Shown piece by piece: positions 36,271 to 44,482 of a stretch of DNA of 64,000 nucleotides. The translations under genes and the position numbers were made by a program. The notes under the pieces are model-generated. The model made no database searches and was not told the origin of the DNA. It saw nothing but the letters and a program-made list of their open reading frames with translations. Origin of the DNA: Candidatus Tayloriibacteriota bacterium (lineage in GTDB: Bacteria > Patescibacteriota > Minisyncoccia > Phycocordibacterales > PALSA-1337). The first letter of the stretch is position 1. Every line of letters begins with the position of its first letter. The DNA lies in assembly GCA_943350765.1 (NCBI GenBank), contig CALRAJ010000003.1, forward strand, positions 1,456 to 65,455, read 5' to 3'.

Positions 36271-36871
36271 ATGCTTTCAAAAAAAACGCACAAGGTGTCC
36301 ATTATGTCAGTCATTGAATACAGTAAAAAATGGTAGTGGAGATCATGGCCAAAGATACAGATGTAATGATTGTAACAAGAGGTTTAGGTTGAAAGATTAC
36401 AAGAAAGAAAAAGAATCTGAATATATATGGAACGAATTTGTGTTTGCAAAGCAAACACTCAGAGAGTTGTCAGAAATATTTTCATACACTAAAAAACAAC
36501 TCCAAAGAATCTTTGATGGTATACAAATCACACAAAAGATTCACACCCCACGAGCACTACACCTCGTAGTTGATGCCACCTACTTTGGAATGAAGGAAAC
36601 TAGGCTTTGGGGAGTACTAGTTTTTCGAGATCAAACCAACAAAGAGAATCTATGGTGGCAATTCATAGATGAAGAAAGAATACACTACTACAGAGAAGGT
36701 AGAGACTACCTTCTCTCTCTGGGGTATACAATACTATCTGTCACCTGTGATGGATTCAGTGGCTTACCTGAGCTATTTTCACCCATTCCTGTACAGTTCT
36801 GTCACTTTCACCAAGCCCAGATCGTGAGAAGGTATACAACACTTAATCCGAGTTTTTTGCTCAGTTGCTGA
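36271..36871 (+). pseudogene. IS1-family transposase remnant (InsA-like zinc finger plus InsB-like DDE region), frameshifted at an A8 tract and C-terminally truncated
   Basis: with one A removed from the A8 tract (36279-36286) the ORF reads MLSKKRTRCPLCQSLNTVKNGSGDHGQRYRCNDCNKRF, matching the IS1 InsA CPxC..VRNG..QRYxCxxC finger; downstream VVDATYFG and TCDGFSGLP align with IS1 InsB D residues; the ORF stops where the third catalytic residue is expected, and the GC-rich segment begins there. Confidence 0.6.
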
Positions 36872-37545
36872 CTACCGTCAAACCTGGCCAGATGGATCAT
36901 AAACGGATGCAGGCTGCGATTAAGGACCCCCAGCTCACCGAGCGCATGTATGCGTTCGTTAATGGTTACGAGGTTGCGCCACTGCAGGTGGTTATCCCTC
37001 CAGTCGTGGAGCTGGCAACTTTTATCCCCCTCCACCTCTCGATCCCGCTCGCCACTCACAAGGCCCGCTCGATGTCGGAGCTTTTCCGCAATCGTGGCAA
37101 GGTCATCTTCTACTACCGCGATGGCGACCTCGACGGTTGGTTCACCGCGAACTCCCCACAGTGCCCAGCTGGCACCGCCTCCCTCGTCAAAACCCCCAGG
37201 GCAATGACGTTCCGGCAGATGGCGCAGTCGGCCACTGGACTCCAGTCTGAGTCCCTCGCCGACCTCTCCCGTGCCATTGTCACCAAAGGCCTCGACATCG
37301 TCCCCACCCAATGGGACGACGCTATCGGCGCCACTCAGAACGGCACGGATCTTCTCCTCGTCAACGGCTATGCCAACTTCGCTTTTACGAAGACAGACAA
37401 GAAGCTCAAAGATGAGAATCAACAGGTAGTCGTGCTCTGCGCCCGCCGCGACGACGACGGCCGGTGGGGCGCCGGCGTCTGCGGGCTCGACAACGACGAC
37501 GAGTGGAACGCCGACTACAGGCTTCTCCTCCGCAACTCGCCCTAG
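36865..37545 (+). CDS. DGR target (variable) protein; C-terminal 35 codons encoded by VR
   Basis: GC-rich (about 60%) ORF; its 3' 106 bp is the A-mutagenised homologue of the TR; C-terminus ..LCARRDDDGRWGAGVCGLDNDDEWNADYRLLLRNSP; start uncertain (TTG 36865 or ATG 36892). Confidence 0.7.
   Translation: MLTTVKPGQMDHKRMQAAIKDPQLTERMYAFVNGYEVAPLQVVIPPVVELATFIPLHLSIPLATHKARSMSELFRNRGKVIFYYRDGDLDGWFTANSPQCPAGTASLVKTPRAMTFRQMAQSATGLQSESLADLSRAIVTKGLDIVPTQWDDAIGATQNGTDLLLVNGYANFAFTKTDKKLKDENQQVVVLCARRDDDGRWGAGVCGLDNDDEWNADYRLLLRNSP
37433..37538 (+). repeat. DGR variable repeat (VR)
   Basis: 106-bp ungapped alignment to TR 37788-37893 with 16 mismatches, 14 at TR adenines (11 A>G, 1 A>C, 2 A>T); identical 3' IMH-like GGCTTCTCCTCCGCAACTC, then palindrome GCCCTAGGGC. 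Confidence 0.85.
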
Positions 37546-37571
37546 GGCACTTTTGCCCTTTGACACTTCTT

Positions 37572-37603
37572 CCCCCAGCACTACGGTGCTGGGGGATTTT
37601 TTT
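37572..37603 (+). terminator. rho-independent terminator after the DGR target gene
   Basis: CCCCCAGCACTACGGTGCTGGGGG hairpin plus T7. Confidence 0.65.
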
Positions 37604-37787
37604 ATAAAATTTGATATACTGCCATTTAGGATTTGCTGACATACTCGGCGTAAGCTTGGTATGGCGAGTCCTGCAACATTCAAAAAAGAAATAGTTGGTG
37701 CCTCACTCTGGTGAGAAAAAGTCTCAAAATACTATTCAGCCCCAAGAGAATTCAAAGGGTGTTGTAATAGATGGAGCGAGGTACAAA

Positions 37788-37893
37788 TGCTCTACGCCAA
37801 CCGCAACGACGACGGCCAGTGGAATGCGAACGTCAACAGGCTCGACAACGACAACGAGTGGAACGCCGACAACAGGCTTCTCCTCCGCAACTC
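37788..37893 (+). repeat. DGR template repeat (TR)
   Basis: AAC/AAT-rich in the VR reading frame (MLYANRNDDGQWNANVNRLDNDNEWNADNRLLLRN); followed by hairpin CTCCCGCTTACTGCGGGAG plus T-run. Confidence 0.85.
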
Positions 37894-37908
37894 TTGCTTT
37901 TCTCCCGC

Positions 37909-38253
37909 TTACTGCGGGAGTTTTTGTTCTATGGAATAGATCCAGCCATGAAGCATCTTTCCGGCAGCGACCAATTTTTCATTTAGTAAGATAAACTTCT
38001 TGTCCTCGAATATGTTCATCTCCCAGCCAACAGATAAGAAGAATTTGATCAGATCCAAGTGCTCCTGAGCAGCCTTTATTAGAAGTATTTTTTGTTCGCC
38101 ACTACAATAGGTGGCCTGGTAAATTGACCTCAATGCCTCGGTGAAATAATCTTCAATTTTTGAAGCAATGCCAAATCGTACTGGTTTCGGTAAATTTTCG
38201 CTGTATGTAAACCATAGAGAATATGTTTCTTTCAGGTGTTGTAGCACTGGCAA
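37909..38253 (-). CDS. avd: Avd-like accessory variability determinant (four-helix-bundle, 23S rRNA IVS protein family)
   Basis: 114 aa, TTG start; LPKPVRFGIASKIEDYF.. and LLIKAAQEHLDLIKFFLSVGW helices match the Avd/IVS four-helix-bundle pattern; minus strand, divergent from the RT. Confidence 0.65.
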   Translation of the reverse strand: MPVLQHLKETYSLWFTYSENLPKPVRFGIASKIEDYFTEALRSIYQATYCSGEQKILLIKAAQEHLDLIKFFLSVGWEMNIFEDKKFILLNEKLVAAGKMLHGWIYSIEQKLPQ

Positions 38254-38261
38254 AATCGTGC

Positions 38262-38271
38262 GGGGGGGGGG
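38262..38271. repeat. G10 homopolymeric tract in the avd/RT divergent intergenic spacer
   Basis: CGGGGGGGGGGT, 14 nt upstream of the RT ATG, 9 nt from the avd start. Confidence 0.8.
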
Positions 38272-38284
38272 TAGACTTTGTAGT

Positions 38285-39319
38285 ATGGCTCGGATTCAAC
38301 TGATTCATACCTATCAGCATATCATTTCTGTTGAAAATTTGCTTTCAGCGTTGAGAGAATTTACCAAGGGCAAAAAGCAGAAAAAAGATGTCCAACAATT
38401 CTCACTTCGTCTGATGGATAATATTTTGAAACTCCATCGAGATCTTGCGGATAGAACTTATGTACATGGAGATTATCACGCTTTCAATATTTCCGATCCA
38501 AAGCCACGCAATATTCACAAAGCACTGGTGCGAGACAGACTGGTACATCACGCTATATACAGAGTGTTGTGCCCCTTTTTTGACCGTACTTTCATCAGTG
38601 ATTCGTATTCGTGTCGTCTGTATAAAGGCACACATCGAGCACTGAATCGGTTTAGGGATTTTGGACAAAAAGTTTCAAAAAATAACACACGCACCTGTTG
38701 GGTTTTGAAATGTGATGTGAGGAAGTTTTTTGCTTCTATTGACCACGGCGTCTTGTTCGCTATTCTAGAGCAGTATATTCCAGATAAAGATATCCTATGG
38801 CTACTCACTCGAGTGATCGATAGTTTCCATTCTACCCGTTTTGGTGTCGGACTTCCTCTCGGCAATCTCACATCACAGCTTCTAGTGAATATTTATATGA
38901 ACGAGTTTGACCAGTATATGAAGCATCGGCTTAAGGCCAAACACTATATTCGATATGCTGACGATTTTGTTATTTTGAGTAATGATAAAAAACGGCTCGA
39001 AAATATTTTGATAGAAATTAGTGACTTTTTGCAAGTAAAGCTTCGCCTGAATCTTCATCCAGACAAAGTGTTCATAAAAACATTTGCATCAGGTGTAGAT
39101 TTCCTTGGCTGGGTACACTTTTCTGACCATAGGGTACTGAGGACTTCCACCAAGAAAAGAATGTTTAAACGATTGGCTGAGGGAGAGGTATCGGAGACGA
39201 CCATCCTTTCGTATTTAGGCATGCTGAGTCATGGTAATGGGATGGGGTTGCAAGAGATGATTACTGGGCTGTCAGGATTGAATTTGGCTGGCGGAGGTAT
39301 GAGTGATAGTAAAACTTAA
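38285..39319 (+). CDS. DGR reverse transcriptase
   Basis: RT motifs 1-2 PKPRNIHKALVRDRLVHHAIYRVL, A WVLKCDVRKFFASIDH, B' GLPLGNLTSQLLVNIYMNEFD (SQ in place of group II SP, the DGR hallmark), C YIRYADDFVIL, D LRLNLHPDK, E GVDFLGW; start taken at ATG 38285 (MARIQL) rather than the ORF-track start 38168. Confidence 0.85.
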   Translation: MARIQLIHTYQHIISVENLLSALREFTKGKKQKKDVQQFSLRLMDNILKLHRDLADRTYVHGDYHAFNISDPKPRNIHKALVRDRLVHHAIYRVLCPFFDRTFISDSYSCRLYKGTHRALNRFRDFGQKVSKNNTRTCWVLKCDVRKFFASIDHGVLFAILEQYIPDKDILWLLTRVIDSFHSTRFGVGLPLGNLTSQLLVNIYMNEFDQYMKHRLKAKHYIRYADDFVILSNDKKRLENILIEISDFLQVKLRLNLHPDKVFIKTFASGVDFLGWVHFSDHRVLRTSTKKRMFKRLAEGEVSETTILSYLGMLSHGNGMGLQEMITGLSGLNLAGGGMSDSKT

Positions 39320-40599
39320 TTCTCACATTTTCCAGCATTCTCGCCCGCGAGGTATCCAGTAGTCCAGCATATCTGTAGGCTATATCCGCCCGAAGGTCGG
39401 TCAAAGTTTAGGATATCACCAACGCAGTAGAGATTGGGGTATATTTTTGACTGCATGGTTTTGAAATCTATTTCCTCAAGGGCTAGTCCGCCACTCGTAA
39501 CGATGGCTTTTTCGAGTCCGAGGAGCTTTTTGACTTGGCAGGGAAGCTGTTTTAAACTCTTGACAAGTATCAGACGGCTGACCTTACTTATTTTATTGAC
39601 ATATTCTTCTGGATGAATGGTAAGTAATGATAAAATACCCGCAGTCATTTTTGGAGAAACGATCATACCGAGGACATTCTTAAACTTTTTATTTTGATTG
39701 ATCTCAAAGATACTGCGTATGTGTGTGTCTAGGGCAAGATGATCTATATTTGGAAATAGGTCGATATTCAATTTTACCTCTCCATACTTGAGTAGCTCAC
39801 CGATATCTTTACTCATATTGAGTATGAGTGGACCACTAAGTCCAAAATGGGTAAAAAGGATTTTACCATTTTTAGAAAACTGTTGTATATCGTTTTGAAA
39901 TACGGATACACGAGCGTCTTTGATACTGACACCTTGAGTCTGTTTTATCCAAGCGTCTTTGACCTCGAGTGGTACGAGGGCTACATCCGGCTCGATGACC
40001 TTGTGACCTATTTTTTGTAGCCAGAGAAAACCTTCACCAGTCGAGCCTGTCTCTGGGCGAGATTTACCACCTGTCGCTAAAATGTATTTTTTTGCATGTA
40101 AAGTTTTACCATTTGAAATCGTAACACCAATAATCTGCCCATCTTTTTCTTCAAAGCCTGTTACTTCGGTATTTGATCGGATCTCAACATTATTTTTTCG
40201 CATGTACTCGACTAAAGTATCCCAGACACTTTGTGCTTTGTCGCTCATAGGGAAGACACGCTGTTCCGCCTCTATCTTGGTCGGCATATTTTTTAGGTGA
40301 AAAAAGTCGAGGGATTCTGCTACACCAAATTTAGACAAAGGAGAAAATAAAAATTTACCTTTGTCGCCGAGTTTACCGACGAGCTTGCGAATATCAAATT
40401 CGGCATTGGTAACATTGCATCTGCCACCGCCTGTGATGAGGAGTTTTTTGCCTAGAGTTTCATTTTTCTCTACCAAAAGCACTCTGGCACCACTTTCCCC
40501 AGCTTTACCAGCAGATATCATGCCTGCTGGACCGCCACCTATTACTATCACATCCCAGACCAGCTCTTTTTTGGGAGTTTTTTTGCCTAGAGAGTTCAT
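39316..40599 (-). CDS. FAD-dependent oxidoreductase, HI0933/BaiN-like
   Basis: N-terminal dinucleotide-binding motif DVIVIGGGPAGMISAG; about 420 aa family size. Confidence 0.75.
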   Translation of the reverse strand: MNSLGKKTPKKELVWDVIVIGGGPAGMISAGKAGESGARVLLVEKNETLGKKLLITGGGRCNVTNAEFDIRKLVGKLGDKGKFLFSPLSKFGVAESLDFFHLKNMPTKIEAEQRVFPMSDKAQSVWDTLVEYMRKNNVEIRSNTEVTGFEEKDGQIIGVTISNGKTLHAKKYILATGGKSRPETGSTGEGFLWLQKIGHKVIEPDVALVPLEVKDAWIKQTQGVSIKDARVSVFQNDIQQFSKNGKILFTHFGLSGPLILNMSKDIGELLKYGEVKLNIDLFPNIDHLALDTHIRSIFEINQNKKFKNVLGMIVSPKMTAGILSLLTIHPEEYVNKISKVSRLILVKSLKQLPCQVKKLLGLEKAIVTSGGLALEEIDFKTMQSKIYPNLYCVGDILNFDRPSGGYSLQICWTTGYLAGENAGKCEN

Positions 40600-40665
40600 T
40601 AACCCCTATTATAACAAATTACACTCTACTTGTCAATGTATTAAAAAAATGCTAGTATCACCAAC

Positions 40666-42219
40666 ATGACCATGAATATATTAAAAACAAAGGCAGGTAT
40701 GGCTATAATCGGGATTATCGTTATTGGTTTGGGTACACTAGTCTATATCAAATCTACCAGTCAGACCACTTATGATACTGTAAAAGTAACTCGCGCAGAC
40801 CTATCGGAGGAGGTTTCTGTATCTGGTCGGGTAAAATCGGCAAGGAGCGTCAACTTGGCTTTTGAAAAAGGTGGAAAGGTCGGGTCAGTGTATGTAAAGA
40901 CCGGTGATCGGGTTGCGGTGGGTAAACCGCTTGTATCAATAGATGCTAGTGAGCTTTTATCCCTCTATCGAGGTGCAGAAGCAAATGTTTTGGTAGAAAA
41001 ATCGCGTTTAGATGAAGTTTTGCGTGGTCCACGAAAGGAAGAAGTTTCGATAAGTGAAACAAAGGTTAAAAATGCTGAGCTAGTCCTTTTGGATAAAAGG
41101 GAGGCGCTGGCTAATACACTTACAGATGCATATACAAAATCTGATGACGCTGTACGCAACAAAACAGAGAAGTTATTTAATAACTCGAGAAGTTCGTCAC
41201 CAAAGTTTATTCCACAGATAGCCAATTCTCAGCTAGAAACTACCATAGAGACACAGCGTTTGGCGTTAGAACAAGTGCTGATTTTCTGGAGAAAAAGTTT
41301 GGACACGATGAGCCTTGATGGTATGACTTTGGTTACCGTGGAATCAAAAAAGAACCTTGAACAAGTGAGAATGTTTTTAGACAATGTGGCGATGGCTGTA
41401 AATTCTATGACACCAAACATAGGTAGTACTCAGGCAACTATTGACGGCTACAGAACAGACCTGATAACTGCTCGAAACAATATCAATGCTTCAATAAGTG
41501 CCGTGAGTGGCGCAGATGGTCAGGTCAGGTCTGGATTGATCGCACTCGAGCTTGCAAAAAATGATCTGGCACTACTTTTATCTGGTAATACATCCGAGCA
41601 AGTCAGTGTGCAAAAGTCAAAATATGATCAGGTGGTGGCAAATGCAGAAAATTATCAAGCACAAATAAGGAAAACAATCATCTACTCGCCGATAGAAGGT
41701 GTGGTAACTAATGTTGAGGCGAAAGTGGGGGAAATATTTCCAGCAAATACTGTTGCGGTATCTGTTATCTCCGCGTCAGACTTTCATATAGAAGTGAATG
41801 TTCCAGAGGCTGATATTTCAAAGATTTTGGTGGGCAATACGGCAGAAGTAACCCTCGATGCATATGGGCAAAGTGAGTTATTTCCAAGTGTGGTGATTCT
41901 TATTGATCCAGCGGAAACCATCATAGATGGAGTTCCAACTTATAAAGTTACGCTCAAGTTTACTCAAAAAGATGCTCGAGTGCGTTCTGGTATGACAGCA
42001 AATATTACGATTAAAAATAATCCGCATATCCAAGTACTTTCTGTTCCAAGTCGGGTTGTGTTTGAAAAGGCTGGCGAAAAATATGTAAAGGTTGTGGGAG
42101 GTAAGGATGAAATTATTGAAAAGAAAGTTACTACTGGGATTAGATCATCGAACGGTGCGCTAGAAATAGTGAGTGGTCTAGAAGAGGGTGAAGAGGTGGT
42201 ATTTGCTACTAAAAATTAG
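40666..42219 (+). CDS. HlyD/MacA-type periplasmic adaptor (membrane fusion protein)
   Basis: N-terminal TM anchor, biotinyl/lipoyl-like hairpin halves flanking a long coiled-coil, C-terminal beta-barrel. Confidence 0.75.
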   Translation: MTMNILKTKAGMAIIGIIVIGLGTLVYIKSTSQTTYDTVKVTRADLSEEVSVSGRVKSARSVNLAFEKGGKVGSVYVKTGDRVAVGKPLVSIDASELLSLYRGAEANVLVEKSRLDEVLRGPRKEEVSISETKVKNAELVLLDKREALANTLTDAYTKSDDAVRNKTEKLFNNSRSSSPKFIPQIANSQLETTIETQRLALEQVLIFWRKSLDTMSLDGMTLVTVESKKNLEQVRMFLDNVAMAVNSMTPNIGSTQATIDGYRTDLITARNNINASISAVSGADGQVRSGLIALELAKNDLALLLSGNTSEQVSVQKSKYDQVVANAENYQAQIRKTIIYSPIEGVVTNVEAKVGEIFPANTVAVSVISASDFHIEVNVPEADISKILVGNTAEVTLDAYGQSELFPSVVILIDPAETIIDGVPTYKVTLKFTQKDARVRSGMTANITIKNNPHIQVLSVPSRVVFEKAGEKYVKVVGGKDEIIEKKVTTGIRSSNGALEIVSGLEEGEEVVFATKN

Positions 42220-43471
42220 TATGAATTTTAAATCAATTTCAGTCGGTATATTTTTGGCGGTTCGTCAGATTCGTCGAGCCAACATTTGGACCAATATCCT
42301 GATTGTTTTTGTGATGACACTGACATTTCTAAATCTCGTGGTGGTTGGAGGTATCTTGGTCGGTCTTATTGAAGCATCAGTGGAGTCAAACCGCACACAT
42401 TATTCAGGGGATATCCTCATATCCAATCTACTCGAAAAGACCTATATTGAGGGTAGTACGAAAATGGTAAAGTTTATAGAGGGGTTGCCAGAAGTATCTG
42501 CTGTAACCGCTCGGTATGTGGAAAGTGGGCGACTGGAGTCTGGGTACAAGGAACGCACAAATCAAGGAGATATTTTAGATAATGCTAGTGGTTTGGTTAC
42601 GGGTATTGATCCAGTAAAGGAAAATAATGTTACAGATATTGCGAGTAAAGTAATAGAAGGTGAGTACCTAGATACATCAGACGAAGACCAGATTTTGATA
42701 GGAGGTAATTTGCTTTTCAAGTATTCACCTATCGATTCTCCAGGACTAAGAAATTTAAAAACAGCAGATATTGGCTCACGAGTTCGTTTGGTAATAAATG
42801 GCAATACAAAGGAGGTTACAATAAAAGGTATTATAAAAAGCAAGGTTGGCGAGCTAGATCAGCGGATTTTTATAGTCGATAGGGTACTCAGGGGAATGAT
42901 TGGTCGTACAGACTATAATGTCGATGAGATTGCTATAAAACTCAAAGATCCTTTGTATGTTGGTCAGGTTAAGCAGGTTTTGGAGGACGAGGGTTTTGGT
43001 CGGTTGGCAAAAATCAGGACATGGAATGAGGCACAGCCAAAGTTTCTGATAGATATAAAAGATGCGTTTAGTCTGCTCGGAGATATCATCGGCTCGGTGG
43101 GCCTAGTGGTAGCTTCGATCACGATATTTATCGTGATTTTTGTAAACGCTATTACTCGTCGAAAATATATCGGTATTTTGAAAGGGGTGGGGATAGACTC
43201 CTTTGCGATAGAGGTTGCCTATATTATTCAATCACTTTTTTATGCAGTGGCTGGGACAGCTATTGGGATTGTTGTTCTGTATTTTGTTTTGGTACCATTT
43301 ATTGACGCCCATCCGATCAACTTTCCTTTTAGTGATGGGATATTGGTCGCAACTGTGTCAGGGACACTTTGGCGAGCATTGGCACTTCTTGTTGCAACTG
43401 TTATTGCTGGGTATATTCCAGCCAAGATTGTTAGTAGGCAAAATACCCTCGATGCTATTTTAGGTCGTTAA
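42188..43471 (+). CDS. ABC transporter permease, FtsX/MacB-type
   Basis: N-terminal TM, large periplasmic domain, C-terminal FtsX-like 3-TM bundle. Confidence 0.8.
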   Translation: MKRWYLLLKISMNFKSISVGIFLAVRQIRRANIWTNILIVFVMTLTFLNLVVVGGILVGLIEASVESNRTHYSGDILISNLLEKTYIEGSTKMVKFIEGLPEVSAVTARYVESGRLESGYKERTNQGDILDNASGLVTGIDPVKENNVTDIASKVIEGEYLDTSDEDQILIGGNLLFKYSPIDSPGLRNLKTADIGSRVRLVINGNTKEVTIKGIIKSKVGELDQRIFIVDRVLRGMIGRTDYNVDEIAIKLKDPLYVGQVKQVLEDEGFGRLAKIRTWNEAQPKFLIDIKDAFSLLGDIIGSVGLVVASITIFIVIFVNAITRRKYIGILKGVGIDSFAIEVAYIIQSLFYAVAGTAIGIVVLYFVLVPFIDAHPINFPFSDGILVATVSGTLWRALALLVATVIAGYIPAKIVSRQNTLDAILGR

Positions 43472-43480
43472 GATAATCAC

Positions 43481-44164
43481 ATGACATATATTATTTCTGC
43501 AAAAAAGCTAGTCAAATCATTTCATAACGGGGTTACCGAGCAAACGGTGCTTCGAGGAGTGTCGCTAGACATTTCACTCGGTGAATTTGTGATTATTGTT
43601 GGTCGTTCTGGTGCCGGTAAATCAACTCTGCTTTATCAGCTAGGACTTCTCGACCATTCGACATCTGGGACACTTCGTATCGGGGAAGTGGATACAGAAA
43701 AGCTGTCTAGTCGGGAAAGGACGGATTTTCGTCTGACTGAGCTAGGCTACATTTTTCAAGATTATGCTTTGGTGCCAGAGTTGACTGCCTCAGAAAATAT
43801 CATGATACCGCTTTTGATGAGAGGTTTTAGTAAAAGAGAGGCGTTAGTTTTAGCAAAGGATGCATTAGAAAAGGTTGGGATTGCTGATAAGTGGAAAAAT
43901 CTACCAAGCCAGCTTTCGGGTGGGGAACAACAGCGAGTATCGGTAGCTAGGGCGATAGTTGGCAAGCCAAAGATTATTTTTGCCGATGAGCCGACAGCCA
44001 ATCTAGACAGTGAAAGCTCGGCTCTAGTGGTCAATCTATTTCGTACTTTACACAAAGAGGGGCAGACCCTGGTCATGGTGACTCATGAGGAAGAGTACAC
44101 ACAGTATGCTGACCGAGTAATAACACTCCGTGATGGGGAAATTGTGGATATAAAGAGTAGGTAG
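43481..44164 (+). CDS. ABC transporter ATP-binding protein (MacB/LolD-like)
   Basis: Walker A GRSGAGKST, Q-loop, signature LSGGEQQR, Walker B IIFADEPT, H-loop. Confidence 0.9.
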   Translation: MTYIISAKKLVKSFHNGVTEQTVLRGVSLDISLGEFVIIVGRSGAGKSTLLYQLGLLDHSTSGTLRIGEVDTEKLSSRERTDFRLTELGYIFQDYALVPELTASENIMIPLLMRGFSKREALVLAKDALEKVGIADKWKNLPSQLSGGEQQRVSVARAIVGKPKIIFADEPTANLDSESSALVVNLFRTLHKEGQTLVMVTHEEEYTQYADRVITLRDGEIVDIKSR

Positions 44165-44181
44165 GACAGTAGGATAAAATA

Positions 44182-44423
44182 CCCCGAATTACGAAATACC
44201 GTCTACATGTGTCGATCATAAACGATCGACCCTTTCTTGGCATATCTTTTTGAAGCCTATCGGTTAGGGATAGGCATCTGTAGACGAAGCCCTCGTATTT
44301 TCTTGCTAGAAAATCTCTCAAGTCTCAGCTACCCTGCTTGCGCCGTCTACAGGGACACATCATCTAAACGATGTGAAAGTCTTTCAAAAAGATACGCCTG
44401 CGACAGTATTTCGTAATTCGGGG
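44182..44423. mobile_element. MITE-like element family B (composite) with 7-bp TAAAATA target-site duplication
   Basis: TIRs CCCCGAATTACGAAATACCGTC / GACAGTATTTCGTAATTCGGGG; TAAAATA at 44175-44181 and 44424-44430; core TCTTGCTAGAAAATCTCTCAAGTCTCAGCTACCC plus a segment (TATCGGTTAGGGATAGGCATCTGTAGACG) shared with family A. Confidence 0.65.
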
Positions 44424-44482
44424 TAAAATAAAAAAGCTGTCGGGTGAACGACAGCTCGGGACAATCTTTGTATGGGTGATAA

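Noticed and set aside
36271-36871. IS1-like ORF as an actively frameshifting (programmed slippage) functional transposase
   Set aside because: The A8 tract lies before the zinc finger, not at the InsA/InsB junction where IS1 uses A6C. The protein is C-terminally truncated at the expected position of the catalytic glutamate. Treated here as a pseudogene, although transcriptional slippage cannot be excluded.
36808-37683. 291-aa minus-strand ORF (longest ORF in the DGR region)
   Set aside because: Antisense to the 60% GC DGR target gene, where GC richness suppresses stop codons. Arg/Gly/Pro-rich low-complexity translation with no start context. The plus-strand ORF is the one carrying the VR.
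38285-39319. Reverse transcriptase interpreted as a group II intron maturase or retron RT
   Set aside because: No intron domain V/VI-like RNA structure or msr/msd inverted repeats flank it. Motif B' has the DGR-specific SQ substitution. A TR/VR pair with adenine-specific differences lies immediately upstream.
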